From NCBI GenBank assembly GCA_046290465.1, contig JBKAGP010000001.1, forward strand, positions 5,024,001 to 5,088,000: a DNA stretch of 64,000 nucleotides, given 5' to 3'. The translations under genes were made by a program, and so were the position numbers. This DNA is from Planctomycetota bacterium (GTDB lineage: Bacteria > Planctomycetota > UBA1135 > UBA2386). Shown here piece after piece: positions 48,497 through 58,343 of the stretch. Below the pieces are notes generated by a model that saw nothing but the letters and a program-made list of their open reading frames with translations, did not search any database and was not told the DNA's origin. Each line of letters begins with the position of its first letter. Positions within the stretch are counted from its first letter, which is position 1.

Positions 48497-49573
48497 TCAG
48501 AAGCCGATCTGGAGTTGCATGCCGTTGCTCCAGTAGGTGTCGCCGTTGAGGTCGATCGCGGCGTGCTGGACGAAGAACGTCTGGCCGGCGATGGCGGGCG
48601 GCAGCAGGATCGGCATGAAGAAGCTCGGCGCCGCGGCGCCCGTCGTGAAGCCGAGCTGCGACGCGTCGATGCTGACGTAGAGCGAACAACCGGTCGTGCC
48701 GAGCAGCGGGTCGAGGTCGAGCGGCAGCGGCACGTTCTGGTAGCTGGTGCTGCTGGTGCCGAGCAGGATCGCGCCCGCGATGCCGACCGTGGCGCCGGTC
48801 TGCGGGTAGCCGGTCGACACCGTCGACAGGTAGCTGCCCGGTTGCAGCGTGCCGGTCGCGCGCAGCTGCACGCCCTCGCAGCCGCTGCCGATCGGCACCG
48901 CGAACTGGCTGCGCTCGGCGCCGCGGAAGTAGTTCGGGCTGCCCGCGTACGGCGTCGCCGCACCGGTGGTCGGATCGATCGCGAACAGGTCGAGGCCGCC
49001 GCCGATCAGCTGGCCGTCGGAGCGCACGCTGAGCCACTGGATGTTCTGGCCGCCGAGCGGGCCGACGTCGGTCCACACCCCGGTGGCCGGATCGATCGTG
49101 CCGAGGCCGTCGGTCAGGCTCCAGCCGTAGAGCGTGCCGTCGAGCATCGCCATCGCCTGCACGGTCGCGCCGGTCGCGCCGAGGAACGTGCGCACGCCGG
49201 TGCTCGTGTCGATGCGCATCAGGCGGTAGTCGTCCGGGAAGAACTCGGCCGCATACAGGATGCCGTTGCCGCCGTCGGCCAGCGCGCGCGTGTCGCCGAT
49301 CGGCGCGATGATGGTCTGGTCGAACGTCGTGGTGTCGAGCCGCGTCAGGTAGTAGGTCGGCACGCCGAGCAGCGTGCGGGCGACGGTCCAGATGGTGCCG
49401 TTCTCGTCCCGCGCCATGGCGTTGTGTCCGAACAGGCCGGCGGAGACCAGCTGCGTCTCGCCCGTGAACGAGTCGAGCGTGTGGATCGAGCCGGTCCAGG
49501 TGACCGCGATCATGTCCTGGGCGGGAAGTCCGGCGAGACCGGTCAACAGGGCAGCGAGGATGGGGGTGCGCAT
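48497..49573 (-). CDS. Secreted beta-propeller-like protein with shared C-terminal domain
   Basis: Signal peptide ending LPA-Q; repeated L..ID..TG blades; IGSGC...GCSL...VQH..WSNG C-domain. Confidence 0.82.
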   Translation of the reverse strand: MRTPILAALLTGLAGLPAQDMIAVTWTGSIHTLDSFTGETQLVSAGLFGHNAMARDENGTIWTVARTLLGVPTYYLTRLDTTTFDQTIIAPIGDTRALADGGNGILYAAEFFPDDYRLMRIDTSTGVRTFLGATGATVQAMAMLDGTLYGWSLTDGLGTIDPATGVWTDVGPLGGQNIQWLSVRSDGQLIGGGLDLFAIDPTTGAATPYAGSPNYFRGAERSQFAVPIGSGCEGVQLRATGTLQPGSYLSTVSTGYPQTGATVGIAGAILLGTSSTSYQNVPLPLDLDPLLGTTGCSLYVSIDASQLGFTTGAAAPSFFMPILLPPAIAGQTFFVQHAAIDLNGDTYWSNGMQLQIGF

Positions 49574-49641
49574 AGAGATTCTCTCCTTGGGGCCCGCAGA
49601 TAGCCGCGTCGGGCCTGGCCGTAACGCCTTGCCGGCCGGCC

Positions 49642-49728
49642 CTGGTGGGCAAAGCCCCGTCCGCACGCGTACACGCCGCTTCCGGGATCACGGTTGGCAG
49701 CGCGTCCACTCCATGGACGCGCTCCTAG
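49642..49728 (-). repeat. Single, slightly diverged copy of the 83-bp element, inverted orientation
   Basis: Reverse complement reads CTAGGAGCGCGTCCATGGAGTGGACGCGCTGCCAACCGTGATCCCGGAAGCGG...GGGGCTTTGCCCA-CCAG. Confidence 0.95.
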
Positions 49729-50369
49729 CCGGAGATCGTCAGCGGCTCGTCGTCGAGGCGTTCGCGCAGCTTCTGCAGCACCGCCTGCGCCTGCTCGCGC
49801 GAACTCTGCCGCCAGTCGAGCACGATGTCGGCCGTGCGTCGCGCCGGCTCGACGAACTGCTCGTGCATCGGCCGCACCGTGTCGAAGTACTGCTGGATCA
49901 CCGACTGGACCGTGCGGCCTCGTTCGACGATGTCGCGCTGCACCCGCCGCAGCGCCCGCACGTCGGCCGGCGTGTCGACGAAGATGCGCAGGTCGAACGA
50001 CTTGCGCAGCTCGGGCACGGCGAGCAGCAGGATGCCCTCGCACAGGATCACCGGCCGCGCCTCGACCCGCCGGGTGTCCGCGGTGCGCGTGTGCGTCGCG
50101 AAGTCGTAGACCGGCCGGTCGATCGTCACGCCGCGCAGCAGGTCGCGCACGTGTCGTGCCAGCAGGTCGTTGTCGAGGCTGTTCGGGTGGTCGAAGTTGG
50201 TCCGCTCGCGCAGCGACAGCGGCCGGTCGCTGAGGTCGCGGTAGTAGGAATCGTGGTCGAGCACGCAGCAGCGCTCGGCGCCGAGCACGTCGACCAGCGC
50301 CCGTGTCAGCGACGTCTTGCCGCTGCCGGAGCCTCCGGCGATGCCGATCGCGAACGGTTTGCTGCGCAT
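49725..50369 (-). CDS. udk: Uridine kinase
   Basis: IGIAGGSGSGKT, DSYY, NFDHP, EGIL, RRVQRD..ERGR and VRPMHEQFVEP motifs. Confidence 0.96.
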   Translation of the reverse strand: MRSKPFAIGIAGGSGSGKTSLTRALVDVLGAERCCVLDHDSYYRDLSDRPLSLRERTNFDHPNSLDNDLLARHVRDLLRGVTIDRPVYDFATHTRTADTRRVEARPVILCEGILLLAVPELRKSFDLRIFVDTPADVRALRRVQRDIVERGRTVQSVIQQYFDTVRPMHEQFVEPARRTADIVLDWRQSSREQAQAVLQKLRERLDDEPLTISG

Positions 50370-50505
50370 GGCGTGGAAAGTAGCCCACAAGCGCCCGTGG
50401 CGGTGCACCGAACCCTGGCGGATTCTTGCTCGTCAAGGGGTTGAGCTTCTGCGCCGCACCGGCTTACTGTCCGGACGTCGGGGTCGCGCGGGTCGCGGCT
50501 CGGAC

Positions 50506-50868
50506 ATGCACCCGTTGAGCTACGATCCGTCGAACGTGTTCGCTCGCATCTTGCGTGGGGAGATCCCCGCCAAGGTCCTCCACGAGGACGAGCACTGCAT
50601 GGCGTTCCACGACGTCGCGCCGCAGGCGCCGACGCACTTCCTCGTCATCCCCAAGCAGCAGATCGCGTCGCTGAGCGACGCGACGGCCGATGACGCCGCG
50701 CTGCTCGGACATCTGCTGGTGACGGCCGCCAACGTCGCCCGGCAGCTGGGTGTCGAGGAAGGTGGGTCGAGGATCGTGATCAACAACGGCGCCGGTGCCG
50801 GGCAGACGGTCTTCCATCTGCACGTGCACGTCCTCGCCGGGCGTCCGTTGACCTGGCCGCCTGGATAG
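50506..50868 (+). CDS. hinT: Histidine triad nucleotide-binding protein
   Basis: FARILRGEIP, AFHDVAPQAPTHFLVIPK and GQTVFHLHVHVL motifs. Confidence 0.95.
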   Translation: MHPLSYDPSNVFARILRGEIPAKVLHEDEHCMAFHDVAPQAPTHFLVIPKQQIASLSDATADDAALLGHLLVTAANVARQLGVEEGGSRIVINNGAGAGQTVFHLHVHVLAGRPLTWPPG

Positions 50869-50961
50869 CGGCATGGCGGGAGCACCATCACGGCCGGAGG
50901 CGCGTCTGTGCCCCTGGTCACGGGCCTCTGGGTCACGGGCCTCTGGTCAAGGCGAACAGCG

Positions 50962-52770
50962 ATGAGCGAACGACGCGAGACGAACGACGAACTCCGGGAT
51001 CCGGAGGTGATGTTCCTGCCGCTGGCGGCCACGCCGAGCGAGTCCTGGGGCGAGCTCGATCCCGGCGTCGTGGCGCGGCGCATCCCGGACTTCGTGCACC
51101 AGGTGCTCAACCAGGGGCAGATCGGTCCGACCGCGATGCTCGAACTGCAGACCGCGGCGGACTCCGGTCCGGTGACGTGGGTGCAGCTCGACGCGCCGCC
51201 CGATCGCGACGAGGCGTTCGACCTGATGCCGCACCAGGTGATGGTGCACGCGGTCGTCAGCGGTGAGATCGAGCCGGTCGACGGCGGCCTGCGGCTCGAG
51301 TTCCACGTGTTCCGCGACGAGGACGACGAGGACTTCGTCACCGAGAAGATGGGCACCGTGCTGTCGCTGCAGGACCCGGTCACGGGTCTGATCAAGCTGG
51401 CGCGGCGCCTGGCGCGGCTGCTGGCGATCCCGTTCCACGAGCCCGCGACCGGTCTGTTGACCAAGAGCGGCGCTGCGTTCCACTGCTTCTTGCGCGGCCT
51501 CGACAACGCGATGCTGCTCAGCGGCGACCTCGAGATCGCCGTGCCCGACGACCGCGGCGAACTGATCCGGCCGTTCGCGGATGCGATCGAGCTGGATCCG
51601 TCGTTCGGTCTGGCGCTGCGCATCGCCAACGCGACCGCGGCGCTGGCGCTGCACGGTGCGCGCATCGACCGCGAGACCGTGCGCAGCTTCCTCGACCGCT
51701 GCTACTCGGCGCACCCGTTCGACGGCGAGGCGTGCGTGGCGATCGCCGAGCAGCTGAGCGAGATGGGCGACGAGGATCGCGCCTTCGCGTGGCTCGAATA
51801 CGCGACCGAGCTCGACCCGCCGCCGTCGCGCGGCCTCGAGAGCCTCGGCATCCTGAAGGCGCGCCGCGGCGACCCGGCCGCCGCGCGCGGGCTCTGGGAG
51901 AAGGGCCTGTCGGTCGACGGCCACCCCGACTTCTTCTCGCACCTGGCGCAGCTGAGCTTCGCCGAGGGGCGCCACCAGGACGGCTGGGACTTCGTCGTGC
52001 GCGGCCTGCGTCGCCTGCGCGAGCGCACCGTGCGCGCCGCCGAGTGGGGTGAGGCCGAGCGCGGCGCCGGCGTCCTGCTCGAGTGCCTGCAGTCGCACCT
52101 GACCGAGCGCACGCCGCCGCCGCGCCTCGCCGACACGCTGCTCGAGCTGCGCGGGCTGCTCAGCGGGGACGATCGGGTCGCCCTCGGCCTGTGCCTGTTC
52201 TCGGTCGGCAAGCGTCGCGAGGCGCGGGTCGAGCTGGTCGCCGGCATGCGCGCGATGCAGGACATGACGGCCCGCGACCGGGCGGTCCGCGCGATGCTGC
52301 AGATCGACGTCGCCGACTTCGAGGCGCGCTTCGCCAAGTCGACCGAGCGCAGCCTGCGCGGCCGCAACCCGAAGCAGGCGCTGGCCGAGTACCAGCTGTG
52401 GCTGCACCTGCAGCCGGAGTTCTGGCCGGCGCTCTACTACTCGGCGATCGTCAAGCGGCGCCTCGGCGCGTTCGACGAGGCACTCGACCTGCTGGCCGCC
52501 GCGCTCGAGATCTCGCCCAACCAGCCGGACGTGCTGTTCGAGATGGCCGAGCTGTTCGCGCGTCGCAAGAACAGCAAGCGCGCCCTCGAACTGGTCGACC
52601 GGGCGCTGCCACAACGCACCTCCGAGGCCCGCCTGCACGAGGCCAAGGCGCGCTACCTGCGCGACCTGTCCCGCTCCGACGACGCCCGCCGGGTGGTCGC
52701 CCGCGCGATCACCGCCGGCCTCGACAGCCCCGAACTCCGCCGCCTCGGCCGTTCGCTCCGCCGCGACTGA
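50962..52770 (+). CDS. TPR-repeat protein with alpha/beta N-terminal domain
   Basis: AIELDPSF, ALEISPNQPDVLFEMA and other TPR-like helices; host-like codon usage. Confidence 0.78.
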   Translation: MSERRETNDELRDPEVMFLPLAATPSESWGELDPGVVARRIPDFVHQVLNQGQIGPTAMLELQTAADSGPVTWVQLDAPPDRDEAFDLMPHQVMVHAVVSGEIEPVDGGLRLEFHVFRDEDDEDFVTEKMGTVLSLQDPVTGLIKLARRLARLLAIPFHEPATGLLTKSGAAFHCFLRGLDNAMLLSGDLEIAVPDDRGELIRPFADAIELDPSFGLALRIANATAALALHGARIDRETVRSFLDRCYSAHPFDGEACVAIAEQLSEMGDEDRAFAWLEYATELDPPPSRGLESLGILKARRGDPAAARGLWEKGLSVDGHPDFFSHLAQLSFAEGRHQDGWDFVVRGLRRLRERTVRAAEWGEAERGAGVLLECLQSHLTERTPPPRLADTLLELRGLLSGDDRVALGLCLFSVGKRREARVELVAGMRAMQDMTARDRAVRAMLQIDVADFEARFAKSTERSLRGRNPKQALAEYQLWLHLQPEFWPALYYSAIVKRRLGAFDEALDLLAAALEISPNQPDVLFEMAELFARRKNSKRALELVDRALPQRTSEARLHEAKARYLRDLSRSDDARRVVARAITAGLDSPELRRLGRSLRRD

Positions 52771-52781
52771 CGCACGCGCCG

Positions 52782-52844
52782 CCAAGTGCCGCATACCGAA
52801 CCGGGTTCATCGCTGCGCCGTTTCACGGCGCATGCGGCACTTGG
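52782..52844. repeat. 13-bp inverted repeat with 37-bp spacer
   Basis: CCAAGTGCCGCAT (52782-52794) and ATGCGGCACTTGG (52832-52844). Confidence 0.8.
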
Positions 52845-52907
52845 TGCTGACCGCGCCGCGGGGATGCGAACGTGTCGTCGTTCGCAGCTGCGGATAGCCT
52901 TCGCTGC

Positions 52908-54002
52908 ATGGCTGATGCTTCGCCGCAGCCCGCGGCGCCGTTCCGCTACGTGCACTCCCCGCGGTTCCCCGAACTGCTCGAACAGCTGCAGTGCTCGCTG
53001 CTGGTCACGACCTACCAGGCCGGTCGGCTGATGGTGGTGCGCAGCGCTGGGGGTCGCCTGTCGACGCTGCTGCGTGCGTTCGAACGGCCGATGGGTCTGG
53101 CGGTCGATGCGGCACAGCAGCGGCTCGCGCTCGGCACCCGCCGGATGCTGTGGATGCTGCGCTCGGAGCCCGACATCGCGCCGCAGCTGGAGCCCGCCGG
53201 TCGGCACGACGCCTGCTTCGTGCCGCGCCGTGCGTTGGTGACCGGCGACATGCAGGGCCACGAGGTCGCGTTCTGCGGCGACGAGGTCTGGATCGTCAAC
53301 ACGCGGTTCTCGTGTTTGGCGACGCTCGACGACGAGCGCTACACGTTCGTGCCGCGCTGGCGGCCTCCGTTCGTCGACGAGCTGGTCGCCGAGGACCGCT
53401 GCCATCTCAACGGCTTCGCGATCGAGAACGGCCGGGTGCGCTACGCGACCGCGATGGGGGAGACCAACACGGCCGGCGGGTGGCGCGACGGCAAGGTCGG
53501 CGGCGGCGTGGTCGTCGACGTTCAGTGCGACGAGGTGCTGGCGCGCGGCTTCGCGATGCCGCACTCGCCGCGCATCCACCGCGGCGAACTGTTCGTGCTC
53601 GACTCCGGCCGCGGCGCGCTGGTGCGCGTCGACCGCAGCACCGGCGAACGGCAGGTGGTGGCCGAACTGCCCGGCTACGTGCGCGGGCTCGCGTTCCACG
53701 GCGACTTCGCCTTCCTGGGCCTGTCGCTGGTGCGCGAGAAGGACGTCTTTGCCGGCATGCCGATCACCGAGCGTTTCGGGGCGGACCAGCGCAGCTGCGG
53801 CGTCAGCGTCGTCAACCTCAACAGCGGCAAGGTGGTCGCGTTCTTGCGCTTCGAGGCGGCGATCGCCGAGATCTTCGACGTGCAGGTGCTCGCCGGGATG
53901 CGTTGGCCCGGCGTGCTCGGGATCGAAGGCGACGGGCTCGACTCGGTGTTGACCGCGCCGCCCGATGCGTGGCGACGCGGCGCCGGACTGCCGGGCGTGT
54001 GA
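52908..54002 (+). CDS. TIGR03032/DUF4915 family protein
   Basis: TTYQAGRL, RPMGL, TGD..HE, VNTRFSCL, EDRCHLNG, MPHSPR, PGYVRGL and EIFDV motifs. Confidence 0.92.
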   Translation: MADASPQPAAPFRYVHSPRFPELLEQLQCSLLVTTYQAGRLMVVRSAGGRLSTLLRAFERPMGLAVDAAQQRLALGTRRMLWMLRSEPDIAPQLEPAGRHDACFVPRRALVTGDMQGHEVAFCGDEVWIVNTRFSCLATLDDERYTFVPRWRPPFVDELVAEDRCHLNGFAIENGRVRYATAMGETNTAGGWRDGKVGGGVVVDVQCDEVLARGFAMPHSPRIHRGELFVLDSGRGALVRVDRSTGERQVVAELPGYVRGLAFHGDFAFLGLSLVREKDVFAGMPITERFGADQRSCGVSVVNLNSGKVVAFLRFEAAIAEIFDVQVLAGMRWPGVLGIEGDGLDSVLTAPPDAWRRGAGLPGV

Positions 54003-54020
54003 GCCGGCTCGGCGCGCGCG

Positions 54021-55130
54021 TCAGAAGTCGCCGATCGTGCCCTTGATGCCGTTCGACGCGGCCAGCTGCAGCGGGTTGGCGCCGGGCACGATCACGGCGC
54101 CCTGCGCGAACACCTCCTGGCCCAGGAACGCCGGGTTGGCCGGCCACGGCAGCGACCACGCCGGCGACGGCGCCGGCAGCGGCACGACGTTGGTCAGCAG
54201 CAGGTTCTGGTAGGCGGTGCAGCCGGGCGCCAGCGGGCCGAGCGGCAGGTTGGGGTTGACCGTGTCGAGCATGACCAGGCCGAGCACGGCGGTGGCGGGC
54301 ACGTTGACCAGTTCGAAGCTCCAGCTCGTGCCGATCACCGGCCGGCTCGACGCGGTCAGCGACAGGCCGCCGCAGCTGGTGCCGAACGGCTCGTTGATGG
54401 CCTGGATCGTGCCGCTCTGCGCGATCGTCGCCAGCAGCGAGTTGGCCATCAGCAGGTCGCCGTCGGTGTTGGCGTCCCAGCCGAACGGCGGCGTGCAGTC
54501 GGTCGACGGCGGGAAGAAGCCGAGGTCGACGCGGTTGGGCTGCGAGCCCTGCACGACCAGCGGGATGCCGTCCGACCAGTCAGCGATGCGCCGCGCGCCG
54601 GGAGCGATCGTCGCGTTGATGCCCGGTCGGAACGACTGCCCGCCGCCGTCGAACGACGTGACGTTGAGCATCGACAGGTGCGCCGGGTCGTAGACCGTGC
54701 CGAGCGTCTGTTGGGTGCCCTGCTGCTGCTGGCTGGACACCAGCGCGTAGTAGTTGCCGGTCGCCCAGCGGCCGCCGAGCGGCTGCCAGTTGCTGTAGGT
54801 CGCGAAGCCCGCGACCACCACGCCGTAGCCGAGGTCGACGTAGTCGGCGAGGTTGTCGCCGAGCGTGACCTCGTCCTGGAAGCCGGGGAAGTCCTGCATC
54901 ACCAGCACGGCGTTGTACTGCTGCAGCTGGGTCAGCGTCGGGGTCGTGACACCGACGTCGATCGCGGTGACGTTGGCGAACCAGCCGACGGCCTGGATCT
55001 TGGCGGCGGGGTCGGTGCCCCAGCACGGGTCGTTGGCCCCGCCGGTCGTGTACAGGACCGCGATGTCCTGCGCTTGGGTGGCGGCGGCGAACGTGGCGAC
55101 GACGAGCGTCTCGAGCAGATACAACTTCAT
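54021..55130 (-). CDS. Secreted protein with shared C-terminal domain
   Basis: Signal peptide ending TQA-Q; TPTLTQL..YNAV..LGDNLADYVD.G.GVV N-domain; FGTSCGG...PGCT...FAQG..ASNG C-domain. Confidence 0.82.
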   Translation of the reverse strand: MKLYLLETLVVATFAAATQAQDIAVLYTTGGANDPCWGTDPAAKIQAVGWFANVTAIDVGVTTPTLTQLQQYNAVLVMQDFPGFQDEVTLGDNLADYVDLGYGVVVAGFATYSNWQPLGGRWATGNYYALVSSQQQQGTQQTLGTVYDPAHLSMLNVTSFDGGGQSFRPGINATIAPGARRIADWSDGIPLVVQGSQPNRVDLGFFPPSTDCTPPFGWDANTDGDLLMANSLLATIAQSGTIQAINEPFGTSCGGLSLTASSRPVIGTSWSFELVNVPATAVLGLVMLDTVNPNLPLGPLAPGCTAYQNLLLTNVVPLPAPSPAWSLPWPANPAFLGQEVFAQGAVIVPGANPLQLAASNGIKGTIGDF

Positions 55131-55224
55131 GGTGGCTTCCTCCGTTGCCGGAGCATAGCCATCGCGCGCGTTCTCTGCCGGGCCGGTACGTCCCGTGAGC
55201 GTCCCGGCTCGTCGCCGGCCGCGC

Positions 55225-56406
55225 CTACTTGGGCGGCGCGGCGAGGTAGCGCAGGTCGATGCGGTCGACGGACTCGCTGCGCAGCAAGTGGTCCATCTTC
55301 TCGTCCTCGAGCCACTCGTAGACGAGGTCCATCGGCGTGCACAGGCCCATGTGCGGCACGACCACCGGCTGGCCCTTGCCGTGCGTGTAGATCTTGGAGA
55401 ACACGCCGATCAGCTGGCGGGTGTCGGCGCGGTAGATGCCGCCGCCCGAGTTGCCGAAGTAGGTCGGCGCGTTGACCATCCAGTAGTTGGCGCCGTTGAG
55501 CTCGTTGGTCAGCGAGCTGACCTCGCCCTTCGACGGCACCGGGTCGTTGCCGAGCGGGCAGCCGACGGCACACACCGGATCCCAGACGTTGACCTCGTCG
55601 GTCTCCTCGCGCGGCAGCACGTTGGCGACGTTGGGCAGCTTGCGATCGGTCACGAGCTTGACCAGCGCGGCGTCGATCTTGGGCTCGCTGGCGACCATGT
55701 GGCCCTTCACGATCAGGTTCTCGCCGGGCAGGTAGACGGTCACCTCGAAGCCCTCGCGGCGGGCGCGCGGCGTGTCGGCGAGGATGTTGCGCACGACGTG
55801 GTAGGACGTCAGCACGTAGGTCTCGGTCTTGTTGCCGTTCTTGCGGTTCGGGCCCGAGAACACGATCGTGCCGGAGCCGACGGTGTCGTCGCCGTTGAGC
55901 TGCACGGTCGGCAGCAGCATGCGGCGGGTCAGCTCCTCGCGGTCCTGGTAGATCGTGCTGGCGAGCGTCGCGATCTGGCCCTGCGTCTCGCTGAGCTTCA
56001 TCGCGGCGTTCTGTTCCTTGGCGCGGACCTCGCTGATGTAGGCGTCGACGAGCGCCTTGGTGCGCGCGAAGTCCGTCGACAGCTGGCTGCGGAACAGCTC
56101 GACGTCGCGCTGGGCACGCTCGAGCTCGTCGGCGATGACGCGCGCCTGGTCGGAGCCGGCGGCGGCGACGCGCAGCTTCTGCTCCAGCGAGGCCATGCGG
56201 TTCTCGGTCTGTTCGATCAGCTGCTTGCGAAGATCGTCGAGTTCCTCGCGGCTCGCGTCCTTGTTCGCGATCGCGTCCTCGAGCTTGTCTTCCAGTGCGC
56301 CGACGTCGGCCTGCTGCACTTCGATGCGCGCGATCTGGTGATGGAACGAGACCATCATGACCAGGACCGCGAGGCCGCAGAACACCTCGATGAGTGTGCG
56401 CTTCAT
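55225..56406 (-). CDS. Membrane-anchored trypsin-like (S1) serine protease with coiled-coil stalk
   Basis: N-terminal TM, long coiled coil, triad LTSYHVV / DAAL / GNSGGG; no PDZ domain. Confidence 0.9.
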   Translation of the reverse strand: MKRTLIEVFCGLAVLVMMVSFHHQIARIEVQQADVGALEDKLEDAIANKDASREELDDLRKQLIEQTENRMASLEQKLRVAAAGSDQARVIADELERAQRDVELFRSQLSTDFARTKALVDAYISEVRAKEQNAAMKLSETQGQIATLASTIYQDREELTRRMLLPTVQLNGDDTVGSGTIVFSGPNRKNGNKTETYVLTSYHVVRNILADTPRARREGFEVTVYLPGENLIVKGHMVASEPKIDAALVKLVTDRKLPNVANVLPREETDEVNVWDPVCAVGCPLGNDPVPSKGEVSSLTNELNGANYWMVNAPTYFGNSGGGIYRADTRQLIGVFSKIYTHGKGQPVVVPHMGLCTPMDLVYEWLEDEKMDHLLRSESVDRIDLRYLAAPPK

Positions 56407-56800
56407 CCCTGTTGCTTCCCCCTGTTGCTGGTGGGCAGAAATCGCTGCCCAACAAGGGGTTCGGAATGGCTTTCGAGGCGCCTGAAGGGAAAAGGAAGGG
56501 GCCTCCAGAGGGTGCGGATCGCACGCCCGTGGCACGGGCGGTTGCGGCTCTTGCCGCCGGACGAAAGCGTGTGGAATTGCCGTGCTTTTCGGCAGTGGGC
56601 CGGGAGGTGTCGGGAACTCCAGCAGTGTGCCGGCGCGCGGCCGGAGGCATGCTGCCGGCACCCGCGCGATGCGGTAGATGGAATCGTGACCGCGGAGCGA
56701 CGCGTGGCTATCGCACTTCGACCCGCTCCATGACAGCGGGCTCTCGATCTCGCTCCCTGCCAGCCTCGCCTTGCCCGCACGGGCCTCGCCCCATCGGGCG

Positions 56801-56857
56801 AACTCCAGCGGCCAACTCCAGCGGCCAACTCCAGCTGGCCAACTCCAGCGCGCCAAC
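56801..56857. repeat. Four tandem 13-14-bp units (GCC)AACTCCAGC upstream of the CHRD gene
   Basis: AACTCCAGC at 56801, 56814, 56827 and 56841. Confidence 0.85.
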
Positions 56858-56869
56858 CTCTTCTCGACC

Positions 56870-57835
56870 ATGCGACGACTCCTTGTCTGCGTCCTGCTCG
56901 GCGCCTCGCTCCCCGCACAGACCTGGTTCTCCGCTCGCCTCGACGGCAACCAGGAGGTGCCACCGGTTGCGACCAATGCGTCCGGCTTCGGCCTGATCCG
57001 GTTCGATCCGGGAACCAGCCAGGTTCGCGTCTTCGTGCAACACGAATCCCTCTCCGCCGCCCCGACGGCAGCCCACCTGCACCTCGCACCGGTCGGGGCC
57101 AACGGCGGGGTCGTACTGAACCTGGCCGCCGCGGGGCCGAACGCCTTCACGGGCACGGGAACCCTCTCCCCGGCCGCCGCCGGTGCGTTGGTTGCGAACG
57201 GCACCTACCTCAACCTGCACACGCCAACCCACCCGGGTGGCGAGATCCGCGGCCAGGTGGTCGCGGGGCGCGCGACCCGGCTGCTGGCGCAACGCGACGG
57301 ATCCCAGGAAGTGCCGCCCGTCGCGACCGCCGCAACCGGCAGCGCGGTGGCGTTCCTCTACGAACCCGACGACCGCCTCGTCTTCATGGTCGACGCGACC
57401 GGGCTGTCGAACATCACCGCAGTGCACCTTCACCAAGGTCTGCCCGGCAGCAACGGGCCGGTGCTGTTCCCGTTGGCCGGTCAGGCTGGTCAGTACATCG
57501 GTGCCAGCCCACGGCTGACGCCGCTGGAGGCCGCGGCAGTTCGTGCGGGCGCGACCTACTTCAACGTGCACACGGCGGCGAATCCGGGCGGGGAGATCCG
57601 TGGCCAGCTGCAACCGGTCGTTCCGGGCGCCTATGGCGCCGACATCTCGCAGGCGCAGAGCGTGCCGCCCACCGGCTCGTCCGGGATCGGCGGAGCCAGC
57701 CTCGTGCGCCGGCCGGACGGGTCGGTTGCCGTCCGAGGTCGTTTCACGTGTCGCCCGCGGAGGTGGCTGGCTCGGACCGTGTGCGCCCGTGGCCGGGGCT
57801 CCGCAGGGCAGTCAGGAAAATATGCTGGGAGTTGA
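56870..57835 (+). CDS. Secreted CHRD-domain protein, probably truncated in its third CHRD repeat
   Basis: Two full L.G.QEVPP..AAHLH..YLNLHT..PGGEIRGQ repeats; a third starts (QSVPPTGSSG) and breaks near 57750. Confidence 0.85.
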   Translation: MRRLLVCVLLGASLPAQTWFSARLDGNQEVPPVATNASGFGLIRFDPGTSQVRVFVQHESLSAAPTAAHLHLAPVGANGGVVLNLAAAGPNAFTGTGTLSPAAAGALVANGTYLNLHTPTHPGGEIRGQVVAGRATRLLAQRDGSQEVPPVATAATGSAVAFLYEPDDRLVFMVDATGLSNITAVHLHQGLPGSNGPVLFPLAGQAGQYIGASPRLTPLEAAAVRAGATYFNVHTAANPGGEIRGQLQPVVPGAYGADISQAQSVPPTGSSGIGGASLVRRPDGSVAVRGRFTCRPRRWLARTVCARGRGSAGQSGKYAGS

Positions 57836-58343
57836 GCACTTGTGTTGCGATGCTGTGGTTAATCCCAGAGATCTTCCGGTTAGTAGAGGTGTAAAGGAAG
57901 CGATGTCGAAGGTCGTCTTCGCGAGTGAGGGCTTGATCACCTCGATGTGCCGGCAGCGCACCGTTGAGTTGGATACTGCAATAAAATATGGGCGCCTGCA
58001 GCGGGCAGTGCGGCGGCCCGGTGGAAGTAAGGCGACAATTTCGCTGGACCCAGAAGAGTATGTAGGTTCCAAGTCCATAAACTACGTCATGGTGCATAGG
58101 AGCACTGTCTTGGCAGTGCGCTACGGGGAAGATGAGCTTATGAGGTCGATGGACGCAGTCCGACAGTTCGTCGAAGGCAAGGTTGTCGAATCAATTCTTA
58201 TGGTTGCGGAGGCAGGTGATCTCCTGTCGGAAGATGAGTTTGTTGATGTAGTTAAAGGATATGCGGGTATTCGGTGCGCCTACGGATATACCGATGAGGT
58301 TGGTTCTGGGCGCAGTGTTGCGAATCCTTACAAGCGGCGATGA
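57822..58343 (+). CDS. Hypothetical protein in lower-GC insert
   Basis: Open frame with AT-richer codons; ATGA overlap with the next gene; start uncertain. Confidence 0.5.
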   Translation: MLGVEHLCCDAVVNPRDLPVSRGVKEAMSKVVFASEGLITSMCRQRTVELDTAIKYGRLQRAVRRPGGSKATISLDPEEYVGSKSINYVMVHRSTVLAVRYGEDELMRSMDAVRQFVEGKVVESILMVAEAGDLLSEDEFVDVVKGYAGIRCAYGYTDEVGSGRSVANPYKRR

